Part shown: positions 48,468 to 59,324 of the stretch, in pieces | Layout of the letters: every line of letters begins with the position of its first letter | How positions within the stretch are numbered: position 1 is the first letter of the stretch | NCBI GenBank assembly: GCA_963703315.1 | Contig: OY969811.1 | Location: forward strand, 4,288,001 to 4,352,000 | Direction of reading: 5' to 3' | DNA: 64,000 nt | Source of the DNA: an uncultured cyanobacterium | GTDB taxonomy: Bacteria > Cyanobacteriota > Cyanobacteriia > Pseudanabaenales > Pseudanabaenaceae | Program-made: the position numbers and the translations under genes | The notes under the pieces: model-generated | Seen by the model: the letters and a program-made list of their open reading frames with translations, nothing else | What the model was told of the DNA's origin: nothing | Databases searched by the model: none

Positions 48468-51145
48468 GTTTTTAATTCGATGAGAGCATTCACTTTATTG
48501 ACTAATTCCAATGTCGAGAATCCCTTAGTTAGATAATCAGTCGCGCCCAGACGACTGGTTTCCCTTGACCATTCCTCAGCTAGTCGCGATGAAATTACCA
48601 GAATCGGCATTGAAAAACCTGCTTGACGACAGCGATCAATTAATGTGAATCCATCCATGTGAGGCATCTCAATATCGGTAATTAATAAAGCAGGTTGATT
48701 ATGGCGTTGTAGCCATTGCCAAGCTTCCATGCCATCATCACAAGTGGCGATTTCGTATCCTTGGGGTGATAAGCTGCTCTCAATACGACGACGCATCAAG
48801 GCAGCATCATCTACTACTAAGATTTGCCGATCGCTAGATGGATCTAAGAAAGATTTATTTACTTGAGAACTAGAAGTTATGAGCATCTCCGATGGTGATG
48901 AGCAGAAAGCTTCCACAAAGGAAAGTGCATCAATCACGGGAATAAGCTTCCCATCGGGCATTAAGCTCATCCCAATTAAACCAATCGGAGCTACTAGAGG
49001 CGATGGCATTGGATTAACCAATAAATCACTCTGTCCAATTAGGGTATCTGCAATTAACCAAACTCCGCGATCGCCATTTAGTTTATTTGCTACTTTCTGA
49101 GTACGCACCGCGATCGCTGTCGGTAAGATTGATCTGGTGGCGGTTTGTCCTTGCCAATATTGATAGAGATCGATCGCAGGTACAGTTCCATGATCTTCCT
49201 TCACTTCAATAGTGTAATCAGAACGGTCTGTTTTTTGCCAGAGCAAGCCCTCCACTAACATTGTGGTATAGATTTCGGAGGTAGGTACTGCAAATGTGCG
49301 ATCGCCAGCTTGCAGTAACATACAGCGTACAAATAGATGCGGTACAGGAATTTGGATCGTAAAATTTGTGCCTTTGCCTAGTTGGGAAGCAAGACTCAGT
49401 TTGCCATTCATTAACTCAACTTGGCTAGCGACCACATCCATACCGACACCGCGACCTGAGATGTCGCTGACTGATTTCGCAGAAGTGAAGCCCGACTGAC
49501 AGAGGACATTCAATAATCGCTCGGTGGTACTAGTATCTGTAAGTGGTAATCCCTTTGATTTGGCAATTTGGTTGATGCGATCGGGATCGATTCCCTTTCC
49601 ATCATCGCGAATGCTAAGCTCAAACATACTACCGCGACGTTTTAGAGCTAGTTCCATTTGTCCCTGTATGGATTTACCTAACTTCTCGCGCTCAACCGAG
49701 TCTTCAATCCCATGATCATAGGCATTACGCAGTAAATGCAGCAGAACGGGTTCTAAACTCCGCAACGTACCTGCATCAAGTTCTAATTGTTCCCCAATAA
49801 TCGTCAACTGCACTTGCTTGCCAACACGAGTAATCAAATCTCGCAAAATCCCTCTCGCTCTAAATGCTAAAGTTGCAAAAGGAACGAGACGACTTTCTTC
49901 GATGGTTTGTTGGAGATTGCGTAAACTGCGATCGAGTACTTGAATGCTCTCAGCAGTGCGCCTTGCAGATTCCCCTGTTTCCGAGCCTAATTCAATTAGA
50001 CGTAGACTGATTTCCAATAAACGGTTAATGGCAGTATAGCCTTGACGATAGCGTTCTACTTTTAGTCCATCTTGTTCTCCTGAAGCATCTAGCAAGGCGT
50101 AATCATCTTGGACTTCACGCAGTTGCGTAATATACTGCACACTATTCTGAGCAAGGGATACGAGGGGTAATAAATTAGCATAAACTGATTGATAAAACCC
50201 CTGTGTAGCGCGGGTTGCCATCAAGGTTTCCACCAGATATTGCGACGATCGCTCTAGACGATCAAGAGGTACAGGGATTTGAATGTCTGCCGCCGTAAAA
50301 ATCGGCGCATTAATTGGCGCATTAGTTGAAGACAGGACTTCATTGCTAATACTTGAGGCATCGATCGCTAAAGATGGAACCTGTTCTATCTGAATTTCAA
50401 AAACTCCACCTTGACGAGCGCTGTCTTTGAGCTTTTTGAGAAAGGGCATCCATTCCGACTGCCATAGCTCACAATCAAGGCGATCGCAAAAGTCTCGCCC
50501 TTGCTGTAAAAAGTCTTGCCACTCCGTAGTGAGATTAATTTCTGTACCAATTTCTTGTAACTGAGCAATGGTTTGTTTTGCAATTTCGCAAGTCTCCTCT
50601 GGCACTGTCCCCGTTGGTGGTAACTCCTCGATCGCCATTTCTAAGTCGAGTGTTACTAAGTCAAATCCTTGATCCGCAAATTCCTGTTGGATTTGGCGAA
50701 TTTCATTCCATTCAGGTAAATATTCTGCTTGAATGCGATCGCGCAAAGTTTGAATATACTGCACCGCCGAGTCCGCATCACTAGGTTTCGCCATCTGGGG
50801 ATTAGCAACCTGTACTGTTCCGATCAGTAATTCCCCCGCTTCGATCAAAGCTTTAGATAGTTCGCCATCAGCTAGGGGCGGAGCAACTTCGAGATAGCGC
50901 AGATCAGAAAGTAAATCTTCTAATATTGTCGAAACTTGCAATACGGCTTGAAATCCAACGGTGACCGAGCCACCTTTAATCGTATGCACACAACGATAAA
51001 GTTGCTGGATATCTTCGCGCCAGTTAGCTGCACTTAGCTGATGGACAGTCTGTACATATAATTGCAAATATTTCTGGGTATCTAATTCAAATAGAGTACG
51101 CAGTTCTTCTTGCAGTTGTAAATCATCAAACTCTGAGCTTGCCAT
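48455..51145 (-). CDS. cheA: CheA-like hybrid kinase (Hpt, HATPase, CheW, REC)
   Basis: VHTIKGGS, HLLRNAYDHGIE, DDGKGID, SGRGVGMDVV, C-terminal VVDD...ITDIEMP.MDG...K. Confidence 0.92.
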   Translation of the reverse strand: MASSEFDDLQLQEELRTLFELDTQKYLQLYVQTVHQLSAANWREDIQQLYRCVHTIKGGSVTVGFQAVLQVSTILEDLLSDLRYLEVAPPLADGELSKALIEAGELLIGTVQVANPQMAKPSDADSAVQYIQTLRDRIQAEYLPEWNEIRQIQQEFADQGFDLVTLDLEMAIEELPPTGTVPEETCEIAKQTIAQLQEIGTEINLTTEWQDFLQQGRDFCDRLDCELWQSEWMPFLKKLKDSARQGGVFEIQIEQVPSLAIDASSISNEVLSSTNAPINAPIFTAADIQIPVPLDRLERSSQYLVETLMATRATQGFYQSVYANLLPLVSLAQNSVQYITQLREVQDDYALLDASGEQDGLKVERYRQGYTAINRLLEISLRLIELGSETGESARRTAESIQVLDRSLRNLQQTIEESRLVPFATLAFRARGILRDLITRVGKQVQLTIIGEQLELDAGTLRSLEPVLLHLLRNAYDHGIEDSVEREKLGKSIQGQMELALKRRGSMFELSIRDDGKGIDPDRINQIAKSKGLPLTDTSTTERLLNVLCQSGFTSAKSVSDISGRGVGMDVVASQVELMNGKLSLASQLGKGTNFTIQIPVPHLFVRCMLLQAGDRTFAVPTSEIYTTMLVEGLLWQKTDRSDYTIEVKEDHGTVPAIDLYQYWQGQTATRSILPTAIAVRTQKVANKLNGDRGVWLIADTLIGQSDLLVNPMPSPLVAPIGLIGMSLMPDGKLIPVIDALSFVEAFCSSPSEMLITSSSQVNKSFLDPSSDRQILVVDDAALMRRRIESSLSPQGYEIATCDDGMEAWQWLQRHNQPALLITDIEMPHMDGFTLIDRCRQAGFSMPILVISSRLAEEWSRETSRLGATDYLTKGFSTLELVNKVNALIELKTTSN

Positions 51146-51222
51146 TAGTTTTGCGATTAATTGATGTGATCAACTTATGTGATCCATTTATGATTTGCGT
51201 GCGGGGTGATTATTCGCTCAGA

Positions 51223-52845
51223 TCAACGAATAATCTCAAATTTCTCAACTTCAAAGGATTCTATATCGTCAACTTCCGTGATATTAGATTCCAGTATGGG
51301 TGGCAATCGGAAAAACTGTACTCTTTCTAATAACTGACGTGCTAACATCCCCATTTTTCCAGATTGTTCGCGAGTAAATTGTGCCTGAGACGCGGAGCGC
51401 TCGGCGATCGCTTCAATATCTTGGATCGAGCTTAAGCTAAATTTGACTGCTTCCGCGATCGCTTTAGAAGAATCGGCTACGGAGATGCCAATTTCCGATA
51501 ATTCCTCGGTTACAGTTGCAATATTCGTAAATGACTGCTCAGAGCTATTCACACTATTGGTAAAGTCCGACACCAGACTATTCACATCGCGTACATCTTG
51601 ATCAATCCCCAATACGACCACATCCACAAATCCTGTCCGTTGTTGCAGCACAATTAGTCCTTGATTGGTTTGGGTTGCTAAGGTGTTTACCTGTGAGGCG
51701 ATCGCTTCAAATTCCCTTGCCACCGAGACAAATTGTTCAGGGTCACGTTGCTCTAAGGCGCGGGCGGCAACCATTGAGGCGTTGGTAGCTAGAACCTGAG
51801 TCAAGGATGCTAAACGTTTTTGATCTAATACAAATTGTTTGGCAAGTGCCACGAATTCCCCCAAGTTTTTAATTCTTTGTACCATCTGCACCGTCGCAGC
51901 TTGGAGCGACTCAATCGAAGCTGTCAGATAAATAATTTGCTCTTCCCCCTGTCTTACTGCCGATCTCACCCTTTGTACCGCTTTATTTGCGGCGATCGCC
52001 TGTTGGGCAGCGTCCTGTGCTAATTGGTTCACATCCTCAATTCCTAAACGGGCTTGCACCACTAACGCTTCCTGTTGTTCCGCATTTTGGGATACGGCGA
52101 TCGCTAACTGCTCTAGGCGATCGGTACGCAGCGTTACTTGCTTAGCGGTCTGTAAAACGGCAGCGAGTACTTCCGCTAGCTGTTCAGACAGACGATTGAG
52201 CGTATCGGCAATTAAACCTGTGGCATGGGGACTAACCTCCGCCTTTGACGTAAGGTCTCCTAGCTCAAGATCGGAAACCACATCCAGTAAATGGGAAATT
52301 TCATCTTGAAAAATATTGTTTTGAGCTTCTGCTTCAACTTGGGCTGTGGACTGATCTTGTTTGTTTTGAGCAAGATTGAAAGTCATTAGGTGAAACACTT
52401 CGGCTAACTTGCCAATCTCATCCTGAGCGCCAAGTTCCACCGTTGAGCTAAACTTCCCTTCAGCATATTCTCTGGCGATCGCTTCTAGTCCCTGAATTCT
52501 TTTGCTCAGGGTGCTACCAATAAATAAACCGAATAGGGAGCTGATCACAATCAAACTAAAACCTAAACCAAACACAAATAGGGTGGTATTCGCTAGTTGA
52601 TTTTGAGCCTCTTGGTTCACAATTGGGATGAGACTACTGTTTAAATACAAAGCTGCGATCGTAAAACCGATTAACGAGAGGAAACTCGTTGAACCAATGG
52701 CAAAGAGAATCTTGCTACTAATTGGTAAATTATTTAACCAACTACTTCGATTAGATGCACGTTTAGATATTGGGGCGGCAGCAACAGCCTTCCGTTTTCT
52801 TTTGGCATTAGTTTTTTTGCGTGAAGAGGGAGGTTTATTTGCCAT
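51223..52845 (-). CDS. Methyl-accepting chemotaxis protein (2 TM with tiny periplasmic loop, HAMP, divergent signalling domain)
   Basis: DEIGKLAEVFHLM HAMP, GDLT..AEV, hairpin tip LTQVLATNASMVAARA. Confidence 0.85.
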   Translation of the reverse strand: MANKPPSSRKKTNAKRKRKAVAAAPISKRASNRSSWLNNLPISSKILFAIGSTSFLSLIGFTIAALYLNSSLIPIVNQEAQNQLANTTLFVFGLGFSLIVISSLFGLFIGSTLSKRIQGLEAIAREYAEGKFSSTVELGAQDEIGKLAEVFHLMTFNLAQNKQDQSTAQVEAEAQNNIFQDEISHLLDVVSDLELGDLTSKAEVSPHATGLIADTLNRLSEQLAEVLAAVLQTAKQVTLRTDRLEQLAIAVSQNAEQQEALVVQARLGIEDVNQLAQDAAQQAIAANKAVQRVRSAVRQGEEQIIYLTASIESLQAATVQMVQRIKNLGEFVALAKQFVLDQKRLASLTQVLATNASMVAARALEQRDPEQFVSVAREFEAIASQVNTLATQTNQGLIVLQQRTGFVDVVVLGIDQDVRDVNSLVSDFTNSVNSSEQSFTNIATVTEELSEIGISVADSSKAIAEAVKFSLSSIQDIEAIAERSASQAQFTREQSGKMGMLARQLLERVQFFRLPPILESNITEVDDIESFEVEKFEIIR

Positions 52846-52941
52846 AGTCTTTGCATATCAAATTATTTTACCTGCAATACTATCAACATACAGCTTCACG
52901 TTGCGCCCCTTGAGTATGCTTCGCAACAATGTGAAAAATAA

Positions 52942-53107
52942 TATAGCAAAGCAAGTTTTGCTTAGGACAAAAACCAGAAATGATTGGCGGCGCTTCGCGC
53001 CGCCAATCATTTCTGGTTTTTTGGTTTGTACTAGCTAATAGCAACAGGACATAAAACCCCAAAGATTAATAGCGGCGCTTTGCGCCGCTATTAATCTTTG
53101 GGGTTTT
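52942..53107. repeat. Two palindromic elements inside the chemosensory operon (cores 52969-53021, 53053-53107)
   Basis: aaaaaccagaaatgattggcggcgc-ttc-gcgccgccaatcatttctggttttt and aaaaccccaaagattaatagcggcgc-ttt-gcgccgctattaatctttggggtttt; TATAGC start. Confidence 0.9.
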
Positions 53108-53116
53108 GATTTGTAC

Positions 53117-56100
53117 TCAAGCATTAATTGAGCTATTTGGCTTAGGAGAATTAGTCTCGTTCTCTAAGGTGATATTTTGCTCAGGCTTTGGCTTGGGAGT
53201 TACCTTTGTAGGCTCTTCTATTTCTAGTGCGCCTGACAGAAAATCATCTATTTCCGCTCTCGCCAGATCGATTGAATCTGCATCCTCTTCATTAAGCTCA
53301 TCAAACTCATTAAAAGAATCAAAGTTAAACTCAGGAGCCTTATCATTATCCTCAAAGGTTAAAATCTCAGAATTAAAATTAGAAGGAGTGCTAGGCTCTG
53401 GCAAGTTTTCTTCCACAGATAGATCCGCGAGATCCGCAAACTCATCTTCAGAGTCATCAATGAGATTATCTAATAAATTATTAGCAAAGCCATAGCTATC
53501 GTCAGCAGAGATTTCCTCCATAGAAGATGAGTTGCCAATAGATAAATCAGGTAAGTTGGTAAAACTATCATTTACCTCCTCATTATCAGCGACTTCCGAA
53601 AGCCAATCATCAGGAAAGTCTAGCGAAATATCAGAATTAGATTCCGTAAGTTCTGAATTGAACTGATTAGGCTCAGATATGGTGAATTCCTCCGAATAGT
53701 TAGAATCTAAGGATTCCTCTAGAACTAGATCGTTTGCCATTGATTCAAATATTGCTGCCTCTTCTAAATCCAAAGTATTTATGGAAGTAGAAGCTTCAGC
53801 CAAGAACGGATCACTAAATTCACCTAACCCAGCACTAGTCTCTAGCCCTTCGGTAAATCCTGCGATCGCCTCTTGATCATTGGCTAGATCTAAGACGTTT
53901 TCTTCAAGGTTCGTGAATACAGCATTAGAGTCAAATGTAGGTTCTTCGTCAAAGCTCATACTGAAGGCAGAGTCATTGGGGTCACTCAATAATCCATCAA
54001 CGGAACCTATAGAATAGGCTTCAGATTGCAATTGATCATTTAAAGAATCTGATAGAGAACTAAAGTCATTGGATAGATCAAAGTTAAACTCTTCATCCAC
54101 TAAGGCATCGTCAGGCTCTACTATCGATGACAGATCTGGTAATTCAAAATCTCCACTAAAGCTATCTGGTAAATCAGAAATCTGAACTTGGGCGAAGTTA
54201 TCTAAAGAGTCAGCGATGTCAATATTATCAGTGGCGATCGCGTCAGGTTGCCAGATTGATTCTGAAACCTCGAAATCTTCTACATCTTGGTCAAACTCTG
54301 CATCTTGGTCAAACCCTGCATCTTGATCAAACAAGGAGGGAAAAGATGTGTTTGATTCTGCTTCTGATAGATTATCTAGGATTGGTGTTTCTGCCAATGC
54401 TTCTTGAGTTGCCGTCTCCAAAGCGATCGCTATTTCTGGAGTAAAAGCATCTTCATCTTGCAGATCTGGAGTAAAAGCATCTTCATCTTGCAGATCTACA
54501 GATTCATCTTGCAGATCCATAGAGTTAGCAAAGGCATCAGCAAAACTCTCGTCGTCGTCTTGAGTTTGCAAGTTTTCAAAGGGATCTGATAATTGCTCAA
54601 AAGTGTCGGACAGTTCAGACATCCCAGAGTCTAGCCCCTCCGATATCCATGCTGAATCAACAGCATCTACTTGCTCAAGCTGATTGTCTAGAGCATTATC
54701 TAGCTCATCTGCCTCACTAACATTAAACAAAGCCGAAATATCTGCATCTACATCTTCATCAGCTTCAGGCAGAATTGATGATTCTTGGAGGTTAGGCTCG
54801 GTGGCGATCGCATATTCTTGCTCATCGTATTGAATACTTGTGGAAATATCCAATTGGTTGCCTAAATCAACCAGTTCTTCACTCTCGGGAACAAAACTAG
54901 AGCTAAAGAAATTATCATCAGTTTCCGAATCTTCAGTTACATCGGATAAACCAGAGTCGCTAATCGATAAGTCGTCTAAATCAAAAGAGAACTCTTGTTC
55001 ATCATCCGTTAGATCCGTTAGATCCGTAGGTAATTCTGGGAACTGTGATTGTTCTGTGTCACTAACATTAAACAAAGCCGAAATATCTGCATCTACTTCT
55101 TCATTAGATTCAGGCAGGATTGATGACGCTTGGATGTTAGACTCAGTGGCGATCGCATATTCTTGCTCATCGTATTGAAGACTTGTGGAAACATCCAAAT
55201 CTGACAAGTTATTGTCTAAATCAAAAGAAAACTCTTGTCCGTCATCTAGATCTGTAGATAACTCTGGGAATTGCGATTCTGAGTCTAATTCAGGAATAAA
55301 GGCGTTGGGATCTGGTAGATCTATAGGAGTGTCAAAGTCATCAGCATAACTTGCAAACTCTGAGGCGATCGCATACTCTTGCTCATCATCTTGAATATAT
55401 GCAGGAATATCAAAGGGATTAGCGATGTCAATCAGTTCTTCACTCTCTTGAGCAGGATTAGACTCAAAGAAATTATCAGCTTCTACGAGATCCTCAGAAG
55501 AGTCGGTCAGTATGTTCTCTTCTGGCTCAAAACTAAAGTCTTCTGAGAACGAATCATCTAATGAATCTTCAAGATAAATATCAGGGATTTGAACTGGTAA
55601 ATCAACTAATTCTTCTTGAGTTTCAAGATTATCAGCTAGAAAGTCCTCTGGCTGATCCATAGCATATAATTCATCGACATTTTGACTAGAGAATTCATCT
55701 TCTTGGATTACTTGATCTAAGCCTTGAGCCAATCCTTGATCTAGAGAAATGGCTTCATCAAATGCTCTGTCAAATGGTGATTCATCAAAGGATGTGTTAA
55801 ATGTATCCGTAAAAGCTTCATTGGATGGATGCTCTAGAGAATCATCTAAGGATTCGTTAATTGTTTCGTTAGATCCATAGTTACTATAGTCATCAAATGC
55901 ATGAGAGATCGAGTCTTCCGAAAGACTATCGCCAAAATTTTCAGAACTAAATTCATCTATGGTATTTGCTGCAAATACATCATCTGTATAGCTATTATCT
56001 GGTGACTCTACGGCTTGCTCACTGTAAAAAGGATCAAATTCTGAGGTGATTTGATTAGACTCTGATGGCTCTAATGACTCAGCATCAAAGAATGAGTGAG

Positions 56101-59100
56101 AATCATCTAATGCAGATTCTATGTTGATATTCGGGATATGGAAATCATCATCTAGATCAGGAATTGAAAAGTCTACTGAAGTTGGTAAATTAGCATTGAT
56201 ATCATCTTCAGAAAGCGGTGATGCAACTGTATTAAACGTTGTATTTTCTAAGAATGAAGAAGTTGCTGAGACGATTAATGGATCGCTAGAGACTGCATCA
56301 ATGTCAGACTCGTTAACGCCTTCCATCGGATTTTTGAAGGTTGTCTCATCACTGTAGGCATTATCTTCAAGCGAAGATTCATCATAAACTTCTTGTTTAA
56401 GATCCGCAAGGAGTGATTCTTCAATTAAGGAAATATCTGTCAGATCAGAATACATTGTTGAAGGATGATTTTGGCTTGCAGCAACATTTTGAGTAATGAA
56501 GTTTTCTGGTGCAGCGATGAAATTTTGCTCTTCTGAGAATTCTGCTCCATTGGCTGCCATTAGATCAGGTTGTGTCTGATCCCTGTTGATGCCCTCGTCA
56601 ATGAGATTCTCAAGATATCTATTATCGAGAGCAGTGTTATCTACTTCTTCATTAGGTACTGTAGAGTCAGGGGTTGGTTGTTGTGAGAATGCAACCGCAG
56701 TTGCTGCTGCCGCTACGGCGATCGCTGGTACTGCCACACCTAGATTATTAATGCCATTACTATTTGATGCTGTCGTATCGACAAAGTTGTTAACAGATGT
56801 GGTGTGATCAACAAAGGATTCGGGCGCGACTCTGGCAGGACTCGCAACTCCAGATGGTAATCGGAAGAACTGAATTCCCTGTAGTAGTTGCTGAGCTTGA
56901 TTGCCCATTGCTTCAGCTTGTTGCCTTGCCGATCGCGTGAGGTCGGCAGTGCGATCGGCTAGCTGCGCGATTTCACTAATATAGCTAGCCGTTGATCCTG
57001 CGGCATCAGCGATTTCGGTACTAGATTCCGTAATTGTTTGTCCAATTTGTACAACTTCTTCAGTAGCAGTTTGAATGCTATTAAAGGCAGATTGTGAAGC
57101 CTCTACGCCCGATGTAAATCCTGAAACTAGTCCACTTAAGTTCTGAACTTCGGCATCGATCGCGGTTACGACGGTTTGGATTTGTGATGTGCGTTGTTGT
57201 AGCACCGTCAAGCCGTCATTGGTTTGAGTTGCTAAGTCATTTACTTGACCTGCGATCGATTCAAATTCACGAGCCACACTCGCAAATTGTTGTGGATCTT
57301 TCTGTTCTGCGGCACGCGCTGCGACAAGAGTGGCATTGAGCGCGAGAACTTGGGTTAAAGATGCGATTTGACCTTGATCTTGCACAAATTGCTCGGCTAA
57401 GCCCACAAATTCGCCTAAAGTCTTCATGCGTTGAACAATCTGGGCAGAGCCTGTCTGAAGCACAGTGATACTGTCAGTCAGAGTATTAATTGAGGTTTGT
57501 CCAGAGGCAACGGTGTCACGCACTTCTTGGAGGGATTGGTTCGCTACATTTACCTGTGCTGCCGATCGCTGGGCGATCGCAGCTACTTGTTCGGTCAGAG
57601 CTTGACCTTGGGCAACCGACTGAGCTTGTTCGGCGGTATTCTGCACTACAGTTTGCGCTAATGCTTCGAGATCAGACGCACCCTGTGCCACCTGTTGTGC
57701 TGTACCTAAAACGCTGGAGATAATCTCCACCAGTTTTTCCCGTAGGCGATTGAGAGTATCGGCGACTAGTCCTGTAGCGCGATCGTTTACCTGCGCCTCA
57801 ACGGTGAGATCCCCTTCTTCCATTGAGGAAACAACATCTAGCAGATCGCCGACTTCTGCTTCCATTAACTCCGATTCTGCAAAGTTTTGTTGAATCTGGG
57901 CGGCAGTTGAAGTGTTATCTGAAGCAGAGGTTTGGCTTAGCTCATTCCGTAAGCGAATCTCATTAGTTTTGACTTGCTGGAAAGTACTCTTTAAAGACAA
58001 ACCTAGATGCTCAATTTCATCTTTACCCGCAGCATTGACACCTGCATTTCCTTGCTGAGTTAAGAAACGATCGCATTCTTCGGTTAGGGGCTGGAGGCGT
58101 TTTTTGAGAGAGTTGACAAATCCTAGTACCGCGATCGCCAAAATAGCACTAATACCAACGGCGGCTCCACCAACTAAAATCAACAATTTGTTGGTGATTT
58201 CCGCTTCTGGCATATAGGCAGCGACTAGCCAATCACTACCCGCAATTTTGCGATATGCCCAGAGATTGCCTCCTGTTTGGGTGATACCTGTAGGTTGAGC
58301 TTTTGCTTGCTGCGCCAGACTAGTTAGAGATTCTGAATTTGGACTTTGATAGGCTTCCGCAGCCGAAATGATTTTGCCACTCGCATCGATAACGACAAAT
58401 CCAACTTTGATTTCACTAGCAGGGACAGGAGTGGCGGGTGCTAGGGACAGGAGACTATCGGAGATCGCATCCGCATTGACAATGCCGATGACCTTTTGAC
58501 CATCGCTAATAGGGGCGCTATAGGTGATGATGTTTTTACCCGAAGCACTATAGGGCTGTGACCAAGAGGCTTGCCCTTTAAGCGTTCCCTGATAAAATGG
58601 CGCTTTTTGAATGTCAGGGCGATCGCTCGCCAACAATTTGTCATAGGGTGCTGCTAACTTTTGTCCAGCGTTAGCAGGTTTTAAGCCAGATTGTTCTTTC
58701 CAAATATAGGGTGCAATCGGTTTTGGCACAGGAAACAGCAAGTTACCATTGGTAGTAATCCCCATCCCTGCAATCGGCTTAGAGCTTTCTAGCCCCTCAA
58801 TTACCAGTCTTTGATAAGGTTCGCTTCCCCGTGGCTTAGGCTGCTGTTGTGACAGGATTTTTGCCCCACTTGCCACACCATCGACAACCTGTTGTACATT
58901 TGTAAGCCGACCCTCAATCTGACGAGTCTGGGCTTCGGCAGAGCGATCAACTTCGCGCCGCGCACTACCGAGTAATTCCTGATAAAACAAATATCCTAAA
59001 CCACCCAAACCTACTAGCGATGTCCCAATGGCAATAAGTAGCAAACCTAATCCCATAGAACCTTTGGGCTTGTTTTGCTTGGGGGCACTGGGAGCTTTAG

Positions 59101-59173
59101 GCGATCGCTTAGAAGCTGCCTGATCGCCTTTGCCCACAGAAGTTGCTCGGTCTTTTTTAGATGTGCTTGCCAT
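53117..59173 (-). CDS. Giant MCP: TM, Cache-like sensor, TM, HAMP, signalling domain and an acidic low-complexity tail of about 1,200 aa
   Basis: Cache motif WSQPY...ITYSAPI....KVIGIV.AD, DEIEHLG HAMP, LTQVLALNATLVAARA tip; after QFFRLP the chain is dominated by D/E/S/F. Confidence 0.85.
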   Translation of the reverse strand: MASTSKKDRATSVGKGDQAASKRSPKAPSAPKQNKPKGSMGLGLLLIAIGTSLVGLGGLGYLFYQELLGSARREVDRSAEAQTRQIEGRLTNVQQVVDGVASGAKILSQQQPKPRGSEPYQRLVIEGLESSKPIAGMGITTNGNLLFPVPKPIAPYIWKEQSGLKPANAGQKLAAPYDKLLASDRPDIQKAPFYQGTLKGQASWSQPYSASGKNIITYSAPISDGQKVIGIVNADAISDSLLSLAPATPVPASEIKVGFVVIDASGKIISAAEAYQSPNSESLTSLAQQAKAQPTGITQTGGNLWAYRKIAGSDWLVAAYMPEAEITNKLLILVGGAAVGISAILAIAVLGFVNSLKKRLQPLTEECDRFLTQQGNAGVNAAGKDEIEHLGLSLKSTFQQVKTNEIRLRNELSQTSASDNTSTAAQIQQNFAESELMEAEVGDLLDVVSSMEEGDLTVEAQVNDRATGLVADTLNRLREKLVEIISSVLGTAQQVAQGASDLEALAQTVVQNTAEQAQSVAQGQALTEQVAAIAQRSAAQVNVANQSLQEVRDTVASGQTSINTLTDSITVLQTGSAQIVQRMKTLGEFVGLAEQFVQDQGQIASLTQVLALNATLVAARAAEQKDPQQFASVAREFESIAGQVNDLATQTNDGLTVLQQRTSQIQTVVTAIDAEVQNLSGLVSGFTSGVEASQSAFNSIQTATEEVVQIGQTITESSTEIADAAGSTASYISEIAQLADRTADLTRSARQQAEAMGNQAQQLLQGIQFFRLPSGVASPARVAPESFVDHTTSVNNFVDTTASNSNGINNLGVAVPAIAVAAAATAVAFSQQPTPDSTVPNEEVDNTALDNRYLENLIDEGINRDQTQPDLMAANGAEFSEEQNFIAAPENFITQNVAASQNHPSTMYSDLTDISLIEESLLADLKQEVYDESSLEDNAYSDETTFKNPMEGVNESDIDAVSSDPLIVSATSSFLENTTFNTVASPLSEDDINANLPTSVDFSIPDLDDDFHIPNINIESALDDSHSFFDAESLEPSESNQITSEFDPFYSEQAVESPDNSYTDDVFAANTIDEFSSENFGDSLSEDSISHAFDDYSNYGSNETINESLDDSLEHPSNEAFTDTFNTSFDESPFDRAFDEAISLDQGLAQGLDQVIQEDEFSSQNVDELYAMDQPEDFLADNLETQEELVDLPVQIPDIYLEDSLDDSFSEDFSFEPEENILTDSSEDLVEADNFFESNPAQESEELIDIANPFDIPAYIQDDEQEYAIASEFASYADDFDTPIDLPDPNAFIPELDSESQFPELSTDLDDGQEFSFDLDNNLSDLDVSTSLQYDEQEYAIATESNIQASSILPESNEEVDADISALFNVSDTEQSQFPELPTDLTDLTDDEQEFSFDLDDLSISDSGLSDVTEDSETDDNFFSSSFVPESEELVDLGNQLDISTSIQYDEQEYAIATEPNLQESSILPEADEDVDADISALFNVSEADELDNALDNQLEQVDAVDSAWISEGLDSGMSELSDTFEQLSDPFENLQTQDDDESFADAFANSMDLQDESVDLQDEDAFTPDLQDEDAFTPEIAIALETATQEALAETPILDNLSEAESNTSFPSLFDQDAGFDQDAEFDQDVEDFEVSESIWQPDAIATDNIDIADSLDNFAQVQISDLPDSFSGDFELPDLSSIVEPDDALVDEEFNFDLSNDFSSLSDSLNDQLQSEAYSIGSVDGLLSDPNDSAFSMSFDEEPTFDSNAVFTNLEENVLDLANDQEAIAGFTEGLETSAGLGEFSDPFLAEASTSINTLDLEEAAIFESMANDLVLEESLDSNYSEEFTISEPNQFNSELTESNSDISLDFPDDWLSEVADNEEVNDSFTNLPDLSIGNSSSMEEISADDSYGFANNLLDNLIDDSEDEFADLADLSVEENLPEPSTPSNFNSEILTFEDNDKAPEFNFDSFNEFDELNEEDADSIDLARAEIDDFLSGALEIEEPTKVTPKPKPEQNITLENETNSPKPNSSINA
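54283..55390 (-). repeat. Internal coding repeats in the MCP tail
   Basis: 30-nt tandem duplicate at 54435-54494; about 125-nt near-duplicates at about 54715-54842 and 55060-55190; DEQEYAIA three times; 9-nt and 18-nt tandem units. Confidence 0.8.
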
Positions 59174-59324
59174 ATGCATTCGCTATAGGGAAAGGATCGG
59201 ATATTTTTGTGAGAGCTATCCTACACTATACCTGACCCATTCATTAAGCCCCATAGATAGATCTTCTGTAGATATCGCAAGGATTCGCTTAATGATTTGC
59301 GGCTGCCTTACTAGTTGACTAGCA

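Noticed and set aside
52628..53495. Plus-strand ORFs of 136 and 129 aa
   Set aside because: Antisense to the MCP genes and crossing repeats; composition mirrors the sense-strand bias.
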